Position numbers and translations under genes: made by a program. The notes beneath the pieces were generated by a model. That model did not search any database. It saw nothing but the letters and a program-made list of their open reading frames with translations, and was not told the origin of the DNA. DNA of 63,554 bases, counting the filler, from Gonapodya sp. JEL0774 (lineage: Eukaryota): NCBI GenBank assembly GCA_027604505.1. It is 10 parts of 10 records of this genome, joined end to end, with 100 filler letters (N's around TTAATTAATTAA, not from the genome) between each part and the next. Parts side by side here need not be neighbours in the genome. Positions count along the whole stretch, not along the records: positions 1 to 6,307 come from JADIIX010000611.1; positions 6,408 to 12,711 come from JADIIX010000612.1; 8 more parts are not named here. One strand, written 5' to 3'. This document shows, in pieces, positions 1-11,738 of the stretch (within the stretch, counting starts at the first letter, position 1; the number at the start of each line of letters is the position of its first letter).

Positions 1-444
1 GTCCAGAATTGTTGAGAGCTTCTGGGGTACCTGGAGAGGCTGGATCATGAGAATGAGGTCGCAGTTTGCGTATTCTGCAGGCACGTCCGATCGCGGTTCA
101 CTCCGGCGTACTTTTTGAAATTCCCTCCAAAGTAGTTCACAGATCCTGGCGTATAGTGGTCCCAAAAGTCTTTGTGGTCGTGTTGTAGGATCGAGGAAAT
201 AGCAAAGAGTGAAAACACTGAGAGATGGAGCAGCCGAGGATCACAACTTACCAGATTTGTCTTCTTCATCGTTGTTGAAGACTTCGTACGCTCTCCGGAT
301 CCGATTGTACGCCAGGATTCCCTGCCTGGTCTTGGGCCGGACATTCGACATCTGAAAAGCGTTCACATCGAATGGCAGCCGCGGGACAGTTCCTGGAGAG
401 TCTTGCAATCGAAAAATTGAGCTCCGCGTAGCCTTAGCGCTCAT
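1..444 (-). CDS. SnoaL/NTF2-like protein, paralog A (multi-exon, 3' end cut by contig start)
   Basis: Exons read MSAKATRSSIFRL..RPKTRQGILAYNRIRRAYEVFNNDEEDKSG / DFWDHYTPGSVNYFGGNFKK / LSRYPRSSQQFW. They are colinear with paralog B and have similarly placed introns. Confidence 0.6.
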
Positions 445-993
445 CGCAAGTTTGCGAGCTGTCGAAAACGTGGAGAGTCAATCTTTTAGGGTTTCTGTTG
501 TTACGGTCGGGGGCGGTTTGATTCCGCCACAGTAGCGGAATTATTGGCGGAACCATCTCCACGACACACAAACATATCAAACAGCGCTCTTATTTACCGG
601 GAATAATGATCGCTCTCCACGCTCATGTCTAATATGTGTGGTCCAGAAAACAAGGCGAAATCATGACCGCAACTAATAGCGAAGGAACGACGGCTGGATC
701 TCCACACAACGTTTGACAAGGTCTTGTTCTGACTCTGAAGGTTTGAACAAATTAAGGCGGCGGGGAAATGATTCCGGTAGAGAGAATCGGAAGCGCGAAG
801 TATGTAACTAGCACAGCGTCGGGGGATTTTCATTTACAATCAGTATATCTAAAAATTTTGGCCCCCATCAGCTTATGGTTGAACACGTATATACGGAGTA
901 ATGCAATAATGTGTTGTCCAATCAGGTCGCAAATGTCAATGTGGACTGGTATAAGTCCCAGCAATTGTGCTAGAATCTGGTTGGACACTTCGT

Positions 994-1886
994 TCATACT
1001 CTCAGTTTCAAGTTGTCCCATATTGCTATCTGCACTTCCGGCATATCGAGTAGCTCTCCAAAAAGGGCATCCAGCTGAGGTAAGTTCTCCGGGAAAATAG
1101 CTTGGTCGTAGACTCGTCCATCAGCGTTGTACTTCATCCGGTTCAATACTACCCCAGAGTACAAGTTTCCCGAGTGCGTCCTGACGGTGTTATGGGACGC
1201 CGCAAAGGCGTAGCCATTGTCCCAGACAACAAGGTCGACTGTGGAGTGGTTTATTACTTCCTAGACACGGATTTTGGTGGCGTCAATGCCGAAATCGGGA
1301 TGGGGAGCCGTTAGCACCGCTGTGACGTAATCGTCATGTGACCTGCACCAGATCGGATGCATACCTTCCCACCTATATTTGTGCAAAAATAGAATACTGG
1401 CCAGAATTGATGTGAGCTGCGAGGGAATCGTGCCAGACTTTCATTCCGATAGGTGACGGGATGGGTTCGGAATCACGTCGTTGTATATATGACTCACGAT
1501 TACACCACTCACTTCTTACAGCTCGCTCCAAAGGCCGTCACAGAATTCTCCGCAAAATGTTGCCAAAACTCTATTTCATCATCGACCGTGAATTGGAGCA
1601 GACGGGTAGTTCGCCCAATCTATGTCAGTCCGGTTTCCCAAGGGCCGAGGCCCCAATAGATGGAGCGTGAGCTCCGACCAGCTCGCAACGTACCAGTTTT
1701 GTCCTCTTCATCACTGTTGAAAATCTCGTAAGCTCTTTTAATCTGTTTGTATGCAAGGATTCCCTGTCTCGTCTTCGGCCGTGGGGTGGTAGCTGAGGAG
1801 AGTTTTACCTCGAAAGGCAGCCGAGGGATGTTTTGCAGAGACTCTTCCAGGCGAAATACAGAGCCCGGCATTGGCTTAGAACCCAT
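994..1886 (-). CDS. SnoaL/NTF2-like (ketosteroid-isomerase-like fold) protein, paralog B, about 4 exons
   Basis: Spliced translation: AYEIFNSDEE..EFWQHFAENSVTAFG..FWPVFYF..VDLVVWDNGYAFAASHNTVRTHSGNLYSGVVLNRMKYNADGRVYDQAIFPENLPQLDALF. The pattern fits SnoaL-like domains by eye. GT..AG introns; stop TGA at 994-996. Confidence 0.6.
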
Positions 1887-2722
1887 CGCCGATTTGTGAT
1901 GTCACGAGTACCGAAGAGTTTCCTTTGGTGGCCTCAATTTTTTTTGCATACGGTGGGATCAGATCTGATGGGTTCTTGATCAAAATAATCCGCGATATGG
2001 ACCAGCGGATCCACCAGCCAACATTTGTTTAGCTCACATGCAGTAACTTTAGAAGAACCAAAACGCTGCGGACGATGACCAGATTTATCTGCCTAAGTAC
2101 GTGCTATCGCAGTACCAGTTTCTCCGACACTCGTGCATATCTTCAGTATCACCGCATCCCGCACGACTTAGCTTCCCCGTCTTTCCCGTCCAACTTACTT
2201 CGTTTCCGGAAAATGCGACCTTATTGATAAAAAGTATGCCCCCTTCCAACATTCCTCACCCATGACTGCTCTCACGCAACCGTGAACCCACATGGACCGC
2301 TCTCTTAGCACTCCTTAAACTCAACCAAAGAGGCCAACTCTCCTCTCATCAGTTATTTCAAGAACTGGCTAACACAAAAGGGTGACAATCAACCTCGCAC
2401 GGTGAGGGTCTAATACGCCAAATTCGGTAGAGTCCGTATCGTCAGACAAAGATTGAGACAACGCGAAACAATGACTTATTATCATGCTCCATGAGTGCGG
2501 ATTCGAAGACTTCTAAGGTCCTGAAGATGCGATGCAAAATAACTCTGAGTGGTTTAAGTGTCCCAATTGTCAATTTCGAATGGTCTAAGACTGAAACGCT
2601 ATTCCTGATAAGCCACCGAATACTTTGATGGTTGCCTGTTGACATGCAGTGGCAACTTCGAATGAGTTCATCGCCATCTGCTCAGACATCACAGACCTAG
2701 TCCGTACAAGAAGGAGATTCGT

Positions 2723-3079
2723 CTACGTGCCACAACATGCCAGACATAGCAACAAGCATTGTCCCGTCAGCTCTAACACAGCGCAGACTGGTGCGCAAAT
2801 CGCGCACAACGCTCCGCAGCTTTCGCAGCATTCGCATCCTTTGCAGCAGTAGCGAGGTCCTTCCTTCGCTGTTCTCCCATCCACGAGGTGCATATGCGAT
2901 GATTCGGCGTCACCATTTGAAAGACGAACAGCGTCAAAGGACGTGGGCTGGGGCTGGGGAAGTAGTGGCTGAGTGACGGTAGTGGAAGTTGAAGGTGCAG
3001 GAGTGGTGGGGTAAAAGGCAGGCCGTTGGGGAGGGGGAAGAGTCGAGTAGGGAGGAGGCGGGGCATCTTCAGATGACAT
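2723..3079 (-). CDS. Small Pro-rich protein with Cys-rich hydrophobic tail (CYSTM-like)
   Basis: MSSEDAPPPPY..SFDAVRLS..YCCKGCECCESCGALCAICAPVCAVLELTGQCLLLCLACCGT*. Contains a PPxY motif and a Cys-rich C-terminus. Confidence 0.6.
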   Translation of the reverse strand: MSSEDAPPPPYSTLPPPQRPAFYPTTPAPSTSTTVTQPLLPQPQPTSFDAVRLSNGDAESSHMHLVDGRTAKEGPRYCCKGCECCESCGALCAICAPVCAVLELTGQCLLLCLACCGT

Positions 3080-3450
3080 TGGCAGAGGAATCGTGAAAAT
3101 GGGAGATCGAGAAACGATGAGTGAATCACTGTCAAAGGTTGGGGGCTTTGTATGTGTTGGTGAGCGCACCGCCGCACCTCTCGTAAAAGCACGACCATGT
3201 TTATTCGATAAGCGGCCAGAACCACAATAATATAAATGCTTGGAAAGTAGAATCCCATCTCGAATGTCCAACTGATGTTAAGTGCAAAATCGGTCAAAGA
3301 TTTCAGTATCCGATCCCCGGATTTCTCATGAGATACAATATGCAAAGTCCTCTGAGATTCCGGTTGAGCTACATTATTGCCACAATCTAGGTATCTCGTT
3401 TCCGTCCGGATGGTGTCAGTAAGATCACGTCCCCGCCAATTCAAGGCCCA

Positions 3451-3777
3451 TCATACATGCGACGGTCGAAAGCACCTCGTACAAAACAAGCAACACTGCC
3501 CGCACTGCTGCAGCGCCGCTAGCAGTGGCCAGCATGTCATAGCGCAGCGTTCAAAAGAGTCCGGACATCCTCTGCGACCTCCGAAACGGTGATCCGCCCC
3601 GTCATGGTCATCCAGAGAGTAATCCTTCCCCGTAGCATCCGATAATCGAACTACATCTAGTGATTTGGAAGGCCGCCTGCTCATGAGGGACTCGGAATCC
3701 TTGTCAGTCATGTGAGGGGTGGATGGGTACGAAGGAGGAGACGACATCAAGGGCTCGGGGGAGGACGACGATGACAT
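3451..3777 (-). CDS. Small CYSTM-like protein, tandem paralog
   Basis: Shares PPSY, S-x-D-x-VRLS and GQCxLxCxxC motifs with the 2723-3079 ORF. Confidence 0.55.
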   Translation of the reverse strand: MSSSSSPEPLMSSPPSYPSTPHMTDKDSESLMSRRPSKSLDVVRLSDATGKDYSLDDHDGADHRFGGRRGCPDSFERCAMTCWPLLAALQQCGQCCLFCTRCFRPSHV

Positions 3778-4506
3778 CAAGAAGAGTGCAAGATTGATAG
3801 GCTTGAGGATAGGGAGATCCGTGTGTATTCTGACGGTGTGATTGGAGAATCGGTCGTGCTGAGTGTCTGAGATGTGTTCGCAAATGCATCATAGGGCGCC
3901 CAACACCATGCAGAGCCACGCCAGAGGTTGCAGGTAGAGGCACCGCTCCTGAAAGAGAGCTGACGTTCTCTGCCACAAGATTCACTCAATAAAGAGCAGG
4001 CTTTGTTTCCGTATGGGGGCCGGGGGGAGAGGGGGGTGGTCTGTAGTACTTGTGAACAGCTGGATCATCAATTGACGACCAGACCTCCCAATAGGTTGCC
4101 GGAATGGCATCCCACAAAAATCAATCGTGAGAAATCGAAGCCATCCTTTTATAATCTCCTCGTGATATCTCGTCGTGAGGAAAGTGCTTTGCCTTCCCGG
4201 CCCGGAGTGATGATGCCACCAGATCTCACAACTAGGGCGTTGATAAAGTTTAGAAGTCATGAATGAACGTAGAGTTGTCAAGTTTCTTCGCTGAAACATT
4301 GAGAGAAACAATGGTGAGTCAGCAATGATCCGGTGCAGGTGGGCCAACTACGATACCAAGATAACTGTGTGCCACCCAGGCAGCTGTCAAACATTCTTCA
4401 CATCTCCTCGCCAACCAGTCGACACGCCGCCTTCGTTCTCAGTGCGGCCCCGCACGCGAATCGACGATGATGGTGATTCCATTGGCGCGCGCCGCCTCGA
4501 CAGTCC

Positions 4507-6307
4507 ATGTCCTCCCTCTTGCTCCGCTTCCCTCCTGCTTATTCAAATTCAACCAGCAGATCTCGCGGACACCAAGTGAGTCGTTTCAGCTGACTGATTT
4601 CAATTGTTCTGCCCTCACATTCTCCCTGTGATGGTCTCCAATGCTGTGTTCCCGCCCAACCAGTCTTGTTATCCCGTCACTTCCGGATCGCGACTTCACC
4701 CAGGCAGAAGCCCGCTGATTCGCCCAAATGTAATTGATTTTTTCTCGACTCTCTACCCTCCAGCTCATTTTTTAATTCTATTTGCTTTCCCTTCCCTATT
4801 CCGACCTCGCCTGAACCGTCTCCCACACCTTCCAACTCGTCATGACACAACGCACCGTGAACACCAATATCGCCCACGAACCGAACATCCCGCGCCCAGC
4901 CGAGCCAACCCCACCTGGCATACCTTGGTCTGAGCTTACTGTCGGAATTCCGAAAGGTGGGTTGAAATCAATCCGACACTGATTCGAACAAGAACCACGT
5001 AATATGAAGAGCCCAGGGTGCTAATCAATTCATCGTATTGTCGCCGCGATCTTGGTTCCCTTCTTCGTTTTACTCTCAACATTTCATATCGACACCTTGC
5101 TTCCTATTCAAAGAATCCACTCCTACGGAACGCCGTACCGCCATTACACCGGACAACACTGCCCTCCTACTCAAGAAGGGTTTTAAACGCGTGCTCATAG
5201 AGCGTGGTGCTGGTGCGGAAGCGGATTTCACTGACGAAGCGTATACTAAGGCTGGAGCAACTATCACGGCTGGTGATGAGGTGTGGGGGTGAGTTGTGAT
5301 CCGGTTGTCCTGGAGGAAAAGAGAAGACGCGGGTGTCAATGAGGAACCAAGTTTCAAGGAGCTACAGTAGATGAGAACGGGTCTGTGGACCTGGATGGAC
5401 GCCCTGAGATACGTCCAATGGCAGTACCCGAAGAGAAACGACGAACCACAAGAACACCGTCACTTTCGTTTTGCGCACGATCCGGAATATTCCGGATCCA
5501 GATATTGAACATTCCTGGATCTACTCGAAACCTTGGATTAATCGTCCTCCAACTGTTTGGACGTCCGCACGGGTGATCCACTGTCCCACCACAACCCTTG
5601 CCCATGCCGAAACCCCAAAAGATCGTCTTCCATTCTCCTTAAAGTCCGCGCTCCTACGCCCCCAGAAGTCTCCCTCATGGCCCCGGGTCAAGTCTACATT
5701 GGGTTCCTTTGGCCCGGCCAGAACAAGGAACTGGTGGCAAAAATGGGAGAGCGAGGCGTGACAGCATTTGCTATGGATCAGGTGCCTAGGATTTCTAAAG
5801 CTCAGGTGTGTCCTCGCCCGTTCTCCCACAGGTCCCTGTCCGTGCTCTCGCTCACATCACGTGACTGCGCACCGGCCAGGTCTTTGACGCCCTTTCATCC
5901 ATGGCCAACGCCTCGGGCTACAAAGCCGTCCTTGAAGCTGCGAGCCAGTACGGACGTTTCCTGACCGGTCAGATCACCGCCGCCGGAAAGATTCCTCCAT
6001 CCAAGGTGCTCGTCATTGGAGCTGGAATTGCAGGACAGAGCGCGATTGTCACGGTGAGTGCTTAATGCGTTGAGCTCAGGCAATTAGAGAGAAGCTTTGG
6101 ATGGGGGAGGTCTGTCGTTATCAAATTCAGTGAACTCAAATCCTTCAAGGCTCGCCGTCTCGGTGCCATTGTCCGCGCCTTCGACACCCGTCCTGCCGCC
6201 CGAGACGAAGTTCTCTCCCTTGGCGCCGAATTCCTCACTGTGGAAATCGAAGAGGACGGTGCCGGGGCAGGTGGATACGCAAAGGTCATGTCGCCCGAAT
6301 TCATCAA
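4507..6307 (+). CDS. NNT: Mitochondrial NAD(P) transhydrogenase, N-terminal domain I (multi-exon, truncated at contig end)
   Basis: Exons: [37 protein letters not shown] / [21 protein letters not shown] / [40 protein letters not shown] / [29 protein letters not shown]. Start is uncertain (ATG 4507 or 4842). Confidence 0.93.
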
Positions 6308-6407
6308 NNNNNNNNNNNNNNNNNNNNNNNNNNNNNNNNNNNNNNNNNNNNTTAATTAATTAANNNNNNNNNNNNNNNNNNNNNNNNNNNNNNNNNNNNN
6401 NNNNNNN
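6308..6407. other. Artificial contig spacer (N44-TTAATTAATTAA-N44); also at 12712-12811, 19101-19200, 25487-25586, 31864-31963, 38239-38338, 44595-44694, 50942-51041, 57250-57349
   Basis: Identical 100-bp N-flanked linker with stops in all six frames. The segments between linkers decrease monotonically in length. Confidence 0.98.
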
Positions 6408-6481
6408 CACAGGGTGGAGATGCGGACGACGGACCGGCGACCAAGGAGCCGTTCGAGGAAGGGTTCAAGAGCGAATTGTGA
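6408..6481 (+). CDS. 3' end of an upstream sterol desaturase-family paralog (..DGPATKEPFEEGFKSEL*)
   Basis: Near-identical to 8998-9069, the last exon of the downstream paralog. Confidence 0.8.
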
Positions 6482-7614
6482 GGCTGGGGACCAGGAGGTG
6501 GAGAAACAATGCAACTGTGGAGTTCAAAATTGCACTCGAGCTCGGTAACTCGGCCGAGAGATGCAGAGGATGATGTATCTGACATTGTACAAGACACCTC
6601 ACAGCCCGCCCGACATGAGTTTGGTACGTACGGTACGAGCAACGTGAAACGATGTAATATTATGTCTAGGAAACTCACGAACGTGAGAGAAAGCGGAGGT
6701 CCGGGAACCATCAGTACCTATTAGTTTGGTGTGACTTTGATAAGGGCTGAAAACACATCACCGCGCACTCGCACTAGCAGTGAGGATGGAGCACCTCCGG
6801 AGTGACTTCACCCGTCCCGTTGCCGTGTGGCAGAGCTACATCGAATCGTGCGAGCCGCTGGACATTGTGCTCTTGTACTCCTCACTGGGCTCTGGAGCCT
6901 CCGCCGTAGTGTGGTGGAGCTTCCCGACAGTGCAACGAGGCGCCACAGCTTTCGTCACCGTAGGGCGATTTTCCTCGTTCTAGCCGGTCTCCCTGCACTA
7001 AAGTTCAAGCATTACGATCGCTGGACTGGAGAGTCGTGGCAGCTTTGCATCCGGAGCAAGGTTCGATTTTGGAACAGGCCCAACAAGCCACGGTATCGGC
7101 ATTGCTCAGTCTCCGAGGACCGCTTGAAGACTAGAGGTCCCCGAAATAAGCAGCTTGGCTTATGCAATATCCTGTATTGCCGTCCCGGCCTTGCCCCGCT
7201 CGTCCTCACTCATGTTGCTCCGATAAGCCTAATCCGCGGCTTTGTCGGCCAAGGTTTCAGATATGAGCATACTATGTATTTACACGGCAGCTAGAAAGTA
7301 TGTAGCTTCTACTGAGGGCCGTTGCTCTGGCTAATCCCTCTCGTCACCTTTGACATCGGCCACTGGGCCTGCACCCGTTTTACATATGTAGTCCGGTTCG
7401 TACCAGACATTACGCAGAGCATTTTGCGGAACTTGATGTCGCCTGGTTTTGCACCGTGCACGAACGCATCAAGATGAGGCGGGAATGCGCCGGCCTCTGT
7501 TGTTTTGCGCAGTTGCATACGTGGTCAACACAAAGAGCCGGTCAGTCGAATCCAGAGAGTTAAAAATTCCCGATTTTCTGCAAATTTGCGCTCTTATACT
7601 ACTGAATCAACTTG

Positions 7615-9057
7615 ATGCCACTTGCATCAAACCTTGCAGCTGTGTGGACGGGGTACGATGCGTTCGGGCGGCGATGGGTGCACTTCACTTCGCATTTCTT
7701 AGCGGCACTTGTTCCGTACACGGGAACGGCAATCGCCGAATGCGTTGTGCACGTCGTATGCTCACAAGTCGCCTTTCATGTGGGTGACTCTGGTTCTTTC
7801 CGGTGCCTGTACTCTTTGAGGTATCTGATGAAGCATTGCTTCGGGACTAATGCGCAACAAAATTCATTCTCCATCGACCGTCTCGAACCCAGACCTCCTT
7901 CTGGCCCAGCTTCCTTCTCGCCCGCTACATCGATCGCAACCATATCCTAGACCGCTACAAACTCCACCCGGGGAAATGGGCTCCGGCGGACCTCAACGAG
8001 CGAGTGTGGAAAGGGTTGACGACACCACCACCACCGCTTATGGAAACAGCGTGGATGACGCTGGCGTATTGGGTGTTCTTCTCGATGGGGAGACAAAGGT
8101 GAGGCTCTATGTGCTTGCCCCTGTTGGAACGGTTGCCTAACACGTGACCCTACTTCAGCATCACAGGTTTCTCCCCTTTCAAGACGTATATGACCAAAAT
8201 GGCAGCAGTTTATCTATTGAACGATTTCTTTGACTACGTCAGACATCGTGCACTGTACGTTGTCCGTGAATGTGTCGCACTTTCCTTCCTGGCGCCCCTC
8301 ACTCCACCAAAACTCCATTCCAGACACGAAGTCCCATCATGGTACAAGCTCTACCATAAAAAGCACCACGAGTTCAAAGTAACCAACGTCGGTGCGACAT
8401 CGTGGAACGACGACGGGGAGAGTTTGGGAATCATGGTGATGGGGAATGTGCGTTGTCAGAACCACTGAATGAGAACCTGAGCAGCGACAACACTGAAGCC
8501 CGACTTTAAAATAGCTCGCCGCCGTCCTCTCTGGTCTCAACCTCTTCGAGTACATGTCGTGGCTGGCATTAGGGACTTTGCTTGACGCTGTGACTGTCTC
8601 AACCAGCGCCACAAGTGTTTGTCGGAGAGACACAGATTCACGTTAATTGCACTTTCAGCACCTCCACATCGGATATCGAATTCCTTACAATCCTTTCAAC
8701 ATAATCGCTCCTCCCGAATGGCACGGTGAGTTTATACTGTCGATGCTGTGGGTCCAATCGCTGGTCGAACCTCAACGCCTTCTGTTTCACTGACTCACCT
8801 GAAGACTTCCACCACTACGAAAACGTCGGCAACTACTCCACAGGCACCATCTTCTGGGACCTACTCTTCGGCGTAAGTTTGCCACCGCACAATCCCTTGT
8901 CTCTATGCACCTTCCGCCAACCCACCTTACCCACCCGTCCCTCCAGACCGACAGACCCTACCGCAAATGGCTCGCACGACAAGCCGAGGTGCAGGAACAG
9001 GGTGGAGATGCGGATGACGGACCGGCGACCAAGGAGCCGTTCGAGGAAGGTTTCTAG
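7615..9057 (+). CDS. Fatty acid hydroxylase/sterol desaturase superfamily protein (ERG25/ERG3-like), multi-exon
   Basis: His boxes after splicing: HRALH, HKKHH, HDFHH. Also DRYKLHPGK and GNYSTGTIFWDLLFGTDRPY. Confidence 0.85.
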
Positions 9058-9674
9058 AGCGAGTTGTGAGGAGCGGGGTGAGTGGTAGAAGGAAGGGGGT
9101 GTGCTGTTGGAGGAGTGTATTCGAGCTTAGTAGATGGGCTGAGAGATGCGGAGGTTGATTTATGTGACATGAATGGTACAAGGCACCCGGAGCTGGTCCG
9201 TAAGGGCGACAAGAGGTTGGTACGTAGGGTAGCTTTCGCCTTTGATACATTGATAGAATCAATAAAAGTTAACAAAAATATCTAACACTTTGCATGTACC
9301 TTTATTTGGCTCTGTGGAGGACCACGGCCAGAACTATCTTGGTGGTGTGCTCAAATGAGCACTCAACCGATTGGAAACCAGTCGCAAACTTGTGTCAGTC
9401 TGAATTTACTACTTTGTGAGGCTTGAAACACAAAGAACTTTCATTTTATTGCCCAATGAACGTAATTCACTTATTCACAGAACATGAATGCATCATTGAC
9501 AACCATGGCATATCTCAATTGTAGGTAGCTCGTTCCAACCTGAATGTGTGAACATGGCACGCCAGGGATCAAAATTGACTCCGCACGTTGGCTTGATCAG
9601 CTGAAGGTTGCACCCCACACGGCCAAACACGGTCAAGAGCCCTTCCCACATCCAAACCTCAATCGAACTCGAAA

Positions 9675-11483
9675 ATGGAATTATTCTCGCGAGACCATCT
9701 TGCTACATCGCTGCCCCCTTTCCCTGCAAGCCAGCCCTCCGATTTGCCCCTGGTGCCCTCCGTGGACCCTTGCCCATTCGATCCCACATTGCACCTCGAC
9801 GTTGTCCCGCCCGAGTACGTGGTAGACCTGCATTTTAAGAGATGGAGGCTCGACGAGCTGCCAGAGGATCCCAACAAGTGGCCAGGATTGGCGTTCACGG
9901 CCCCGTTCAAGCTGTTGAGTGATGCTGGGGTGGATGCGATTCGGTTAGTGTGAAGACGGGAGCCCCGAAACCAACAGGTGGGCCTCGATGTTATTCTCAG
10001 AAACTTGATAGATAATCCTCGGCTCTCTTCAGGGAGATCCTTCGTCGTTCCCGTGATGCTGCTCCTCCAGTATCCCGGTCCTCGGATATGATTCCCGAAA
10101 GCTATGTGCGGCTCTACGCGCTTATTGAAAGGGCCTTTTCACTCTTCTCATCTTTATGTCACATTCTTTTGAAAGCGTGGTCTCGCCTACGTGTCTCCCT
10201 TCATCCGCGACTACAACCGGAGCCCCGTGGTCCTGGACCTGCTCTCCAAGTTCGCAGTGGACCCAGGTAGGAGGGTATTTTCTTTTGTTGGGTTGACGAC
10301 CCTCGTACTTGCAGGACTCACTCATCGGGTGCACATATTTTTCGACAAAGTGGTGCCGGATTCTCTACCACTCAACTACTCGCACACGAACGTGGGCAAA
10401 ACAGGACCGGCAAAGGTGCGGTTTCTTCCAGCATAGTTTTAGAAACTTGAAGCTCAAACTTCTCAGCGCTTGATTGTGAAATTTTAACTCTTAGAATGTC
10501 GTTGGCTGGCATTTCGACAGCGTGCAATGTGAATACACTCCCCTCTCTTCGCTTCAATCTGCCCACCATCACACTCACGTTCCTGGCTTTTCTTGAAGAC
10601 GTCACCGTGGTCATCCTCTCCGACAGCACAGGCATGCAAGGCGGCGCCCTGCGCGTCCTCGCCAAGCCCGTCGAAGAGGCCACCTCTCTCATCCTTGCCG
10701 AGAAAGCAGGTTCCCGACCTCCTCTGGGCGAGGAGGATGGGGTGATGGAGGTGGAGTATCCGGGGAAAGGGTGGTGCATCTTGATGCAAGGTGGATTGTT
10801 TTGGCATCAGGTGACGCCTGTGCTTTCGGTGGGTAGCTGAAGAATGTATTACCTATCGGACCGTGTCGTAGGTATGCAATGGGGCTGATCGTGTGGGGTG
10901 AACCCACTCGCCCTATCCAGGCACCGGAGTCTCGCATCACATGCGTGAACAGCTACCAGTCCCGTCGCATCTTCTCCGGCAAAACCGCGTTCGACGGGCG
11001 GGACGATTTCACACGGTACCAGTACTTTGGTGCCATCGATGAGCCACACGTCGCGCGTGAGTTGTGGTTCCGGTCTGTGACTTCCATCGCCATACGCTGT
11101 ATGTGACGCTCTGCCGCAACGTGCTTTTGATTGTGGTCTCACTGGAACACGTAGCTCTCGAGTACGCGATTCACAAGTCGTGGCGGGTGCAGAACATTCT
11201 CGGTATGCTGTCAGACGGCACAGTGCCGTTCAGCGAGGACAAGAGCAAGGTAATGTCCACCCGTTGCGCTCCTCTTTCTGTTCATTTATTTATCGAAAGC
11301 CGGAAATCTTGTGCCCAATCATGTTCACAGATCCTCTCGGTCCTGGACCGCGCTATCGCCGAGCTCCAGGAGTGCCGTGACAGTCTGGAAACGGTGGTCC
11401 CGTACACACAAGCGGTGGACAAGAGCAACCAGGCAAAGTATGACTACACATCTGCGTTGAGGGCAAAGGGGGTGAGGCTATAG
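9675..11483 (+). CDS. Fe(II)/2-oxoglutarate-dependent dioxygenase-like protein, multi-exon
   Basis: Spliced VGWHFDSVQYVTVVILSD..MQGG (HxD motif), distal MQGGLFWHQV (second His) and SRITCVNSY. N-terminal FDPTLHL motif. Confidence 0.75.
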
Positions 11484-11738
11484 CCCGATCATTGCGGCAA
11501 CGTACGGTAGGGGATAACGAGCTGTTTGAACCCAACATGTCGGCAATATTATAAAGTCTGTTCAGTCATTGTGAACTCCTCCAATTACATTTCAAGTCCC
11601 ATTTGATTGGCTGCGAGGTTTGGCCGGAAGGTTCAGGAGTGCGCATTCATTGAACCGTTGTCCTCAGCGAGCAAGCGATGGCCCATCAAGGTGTCAAGCG
11701 AATCGTCCTTTTCTCCTACTTGAAGAGCCTGTTAGAAA

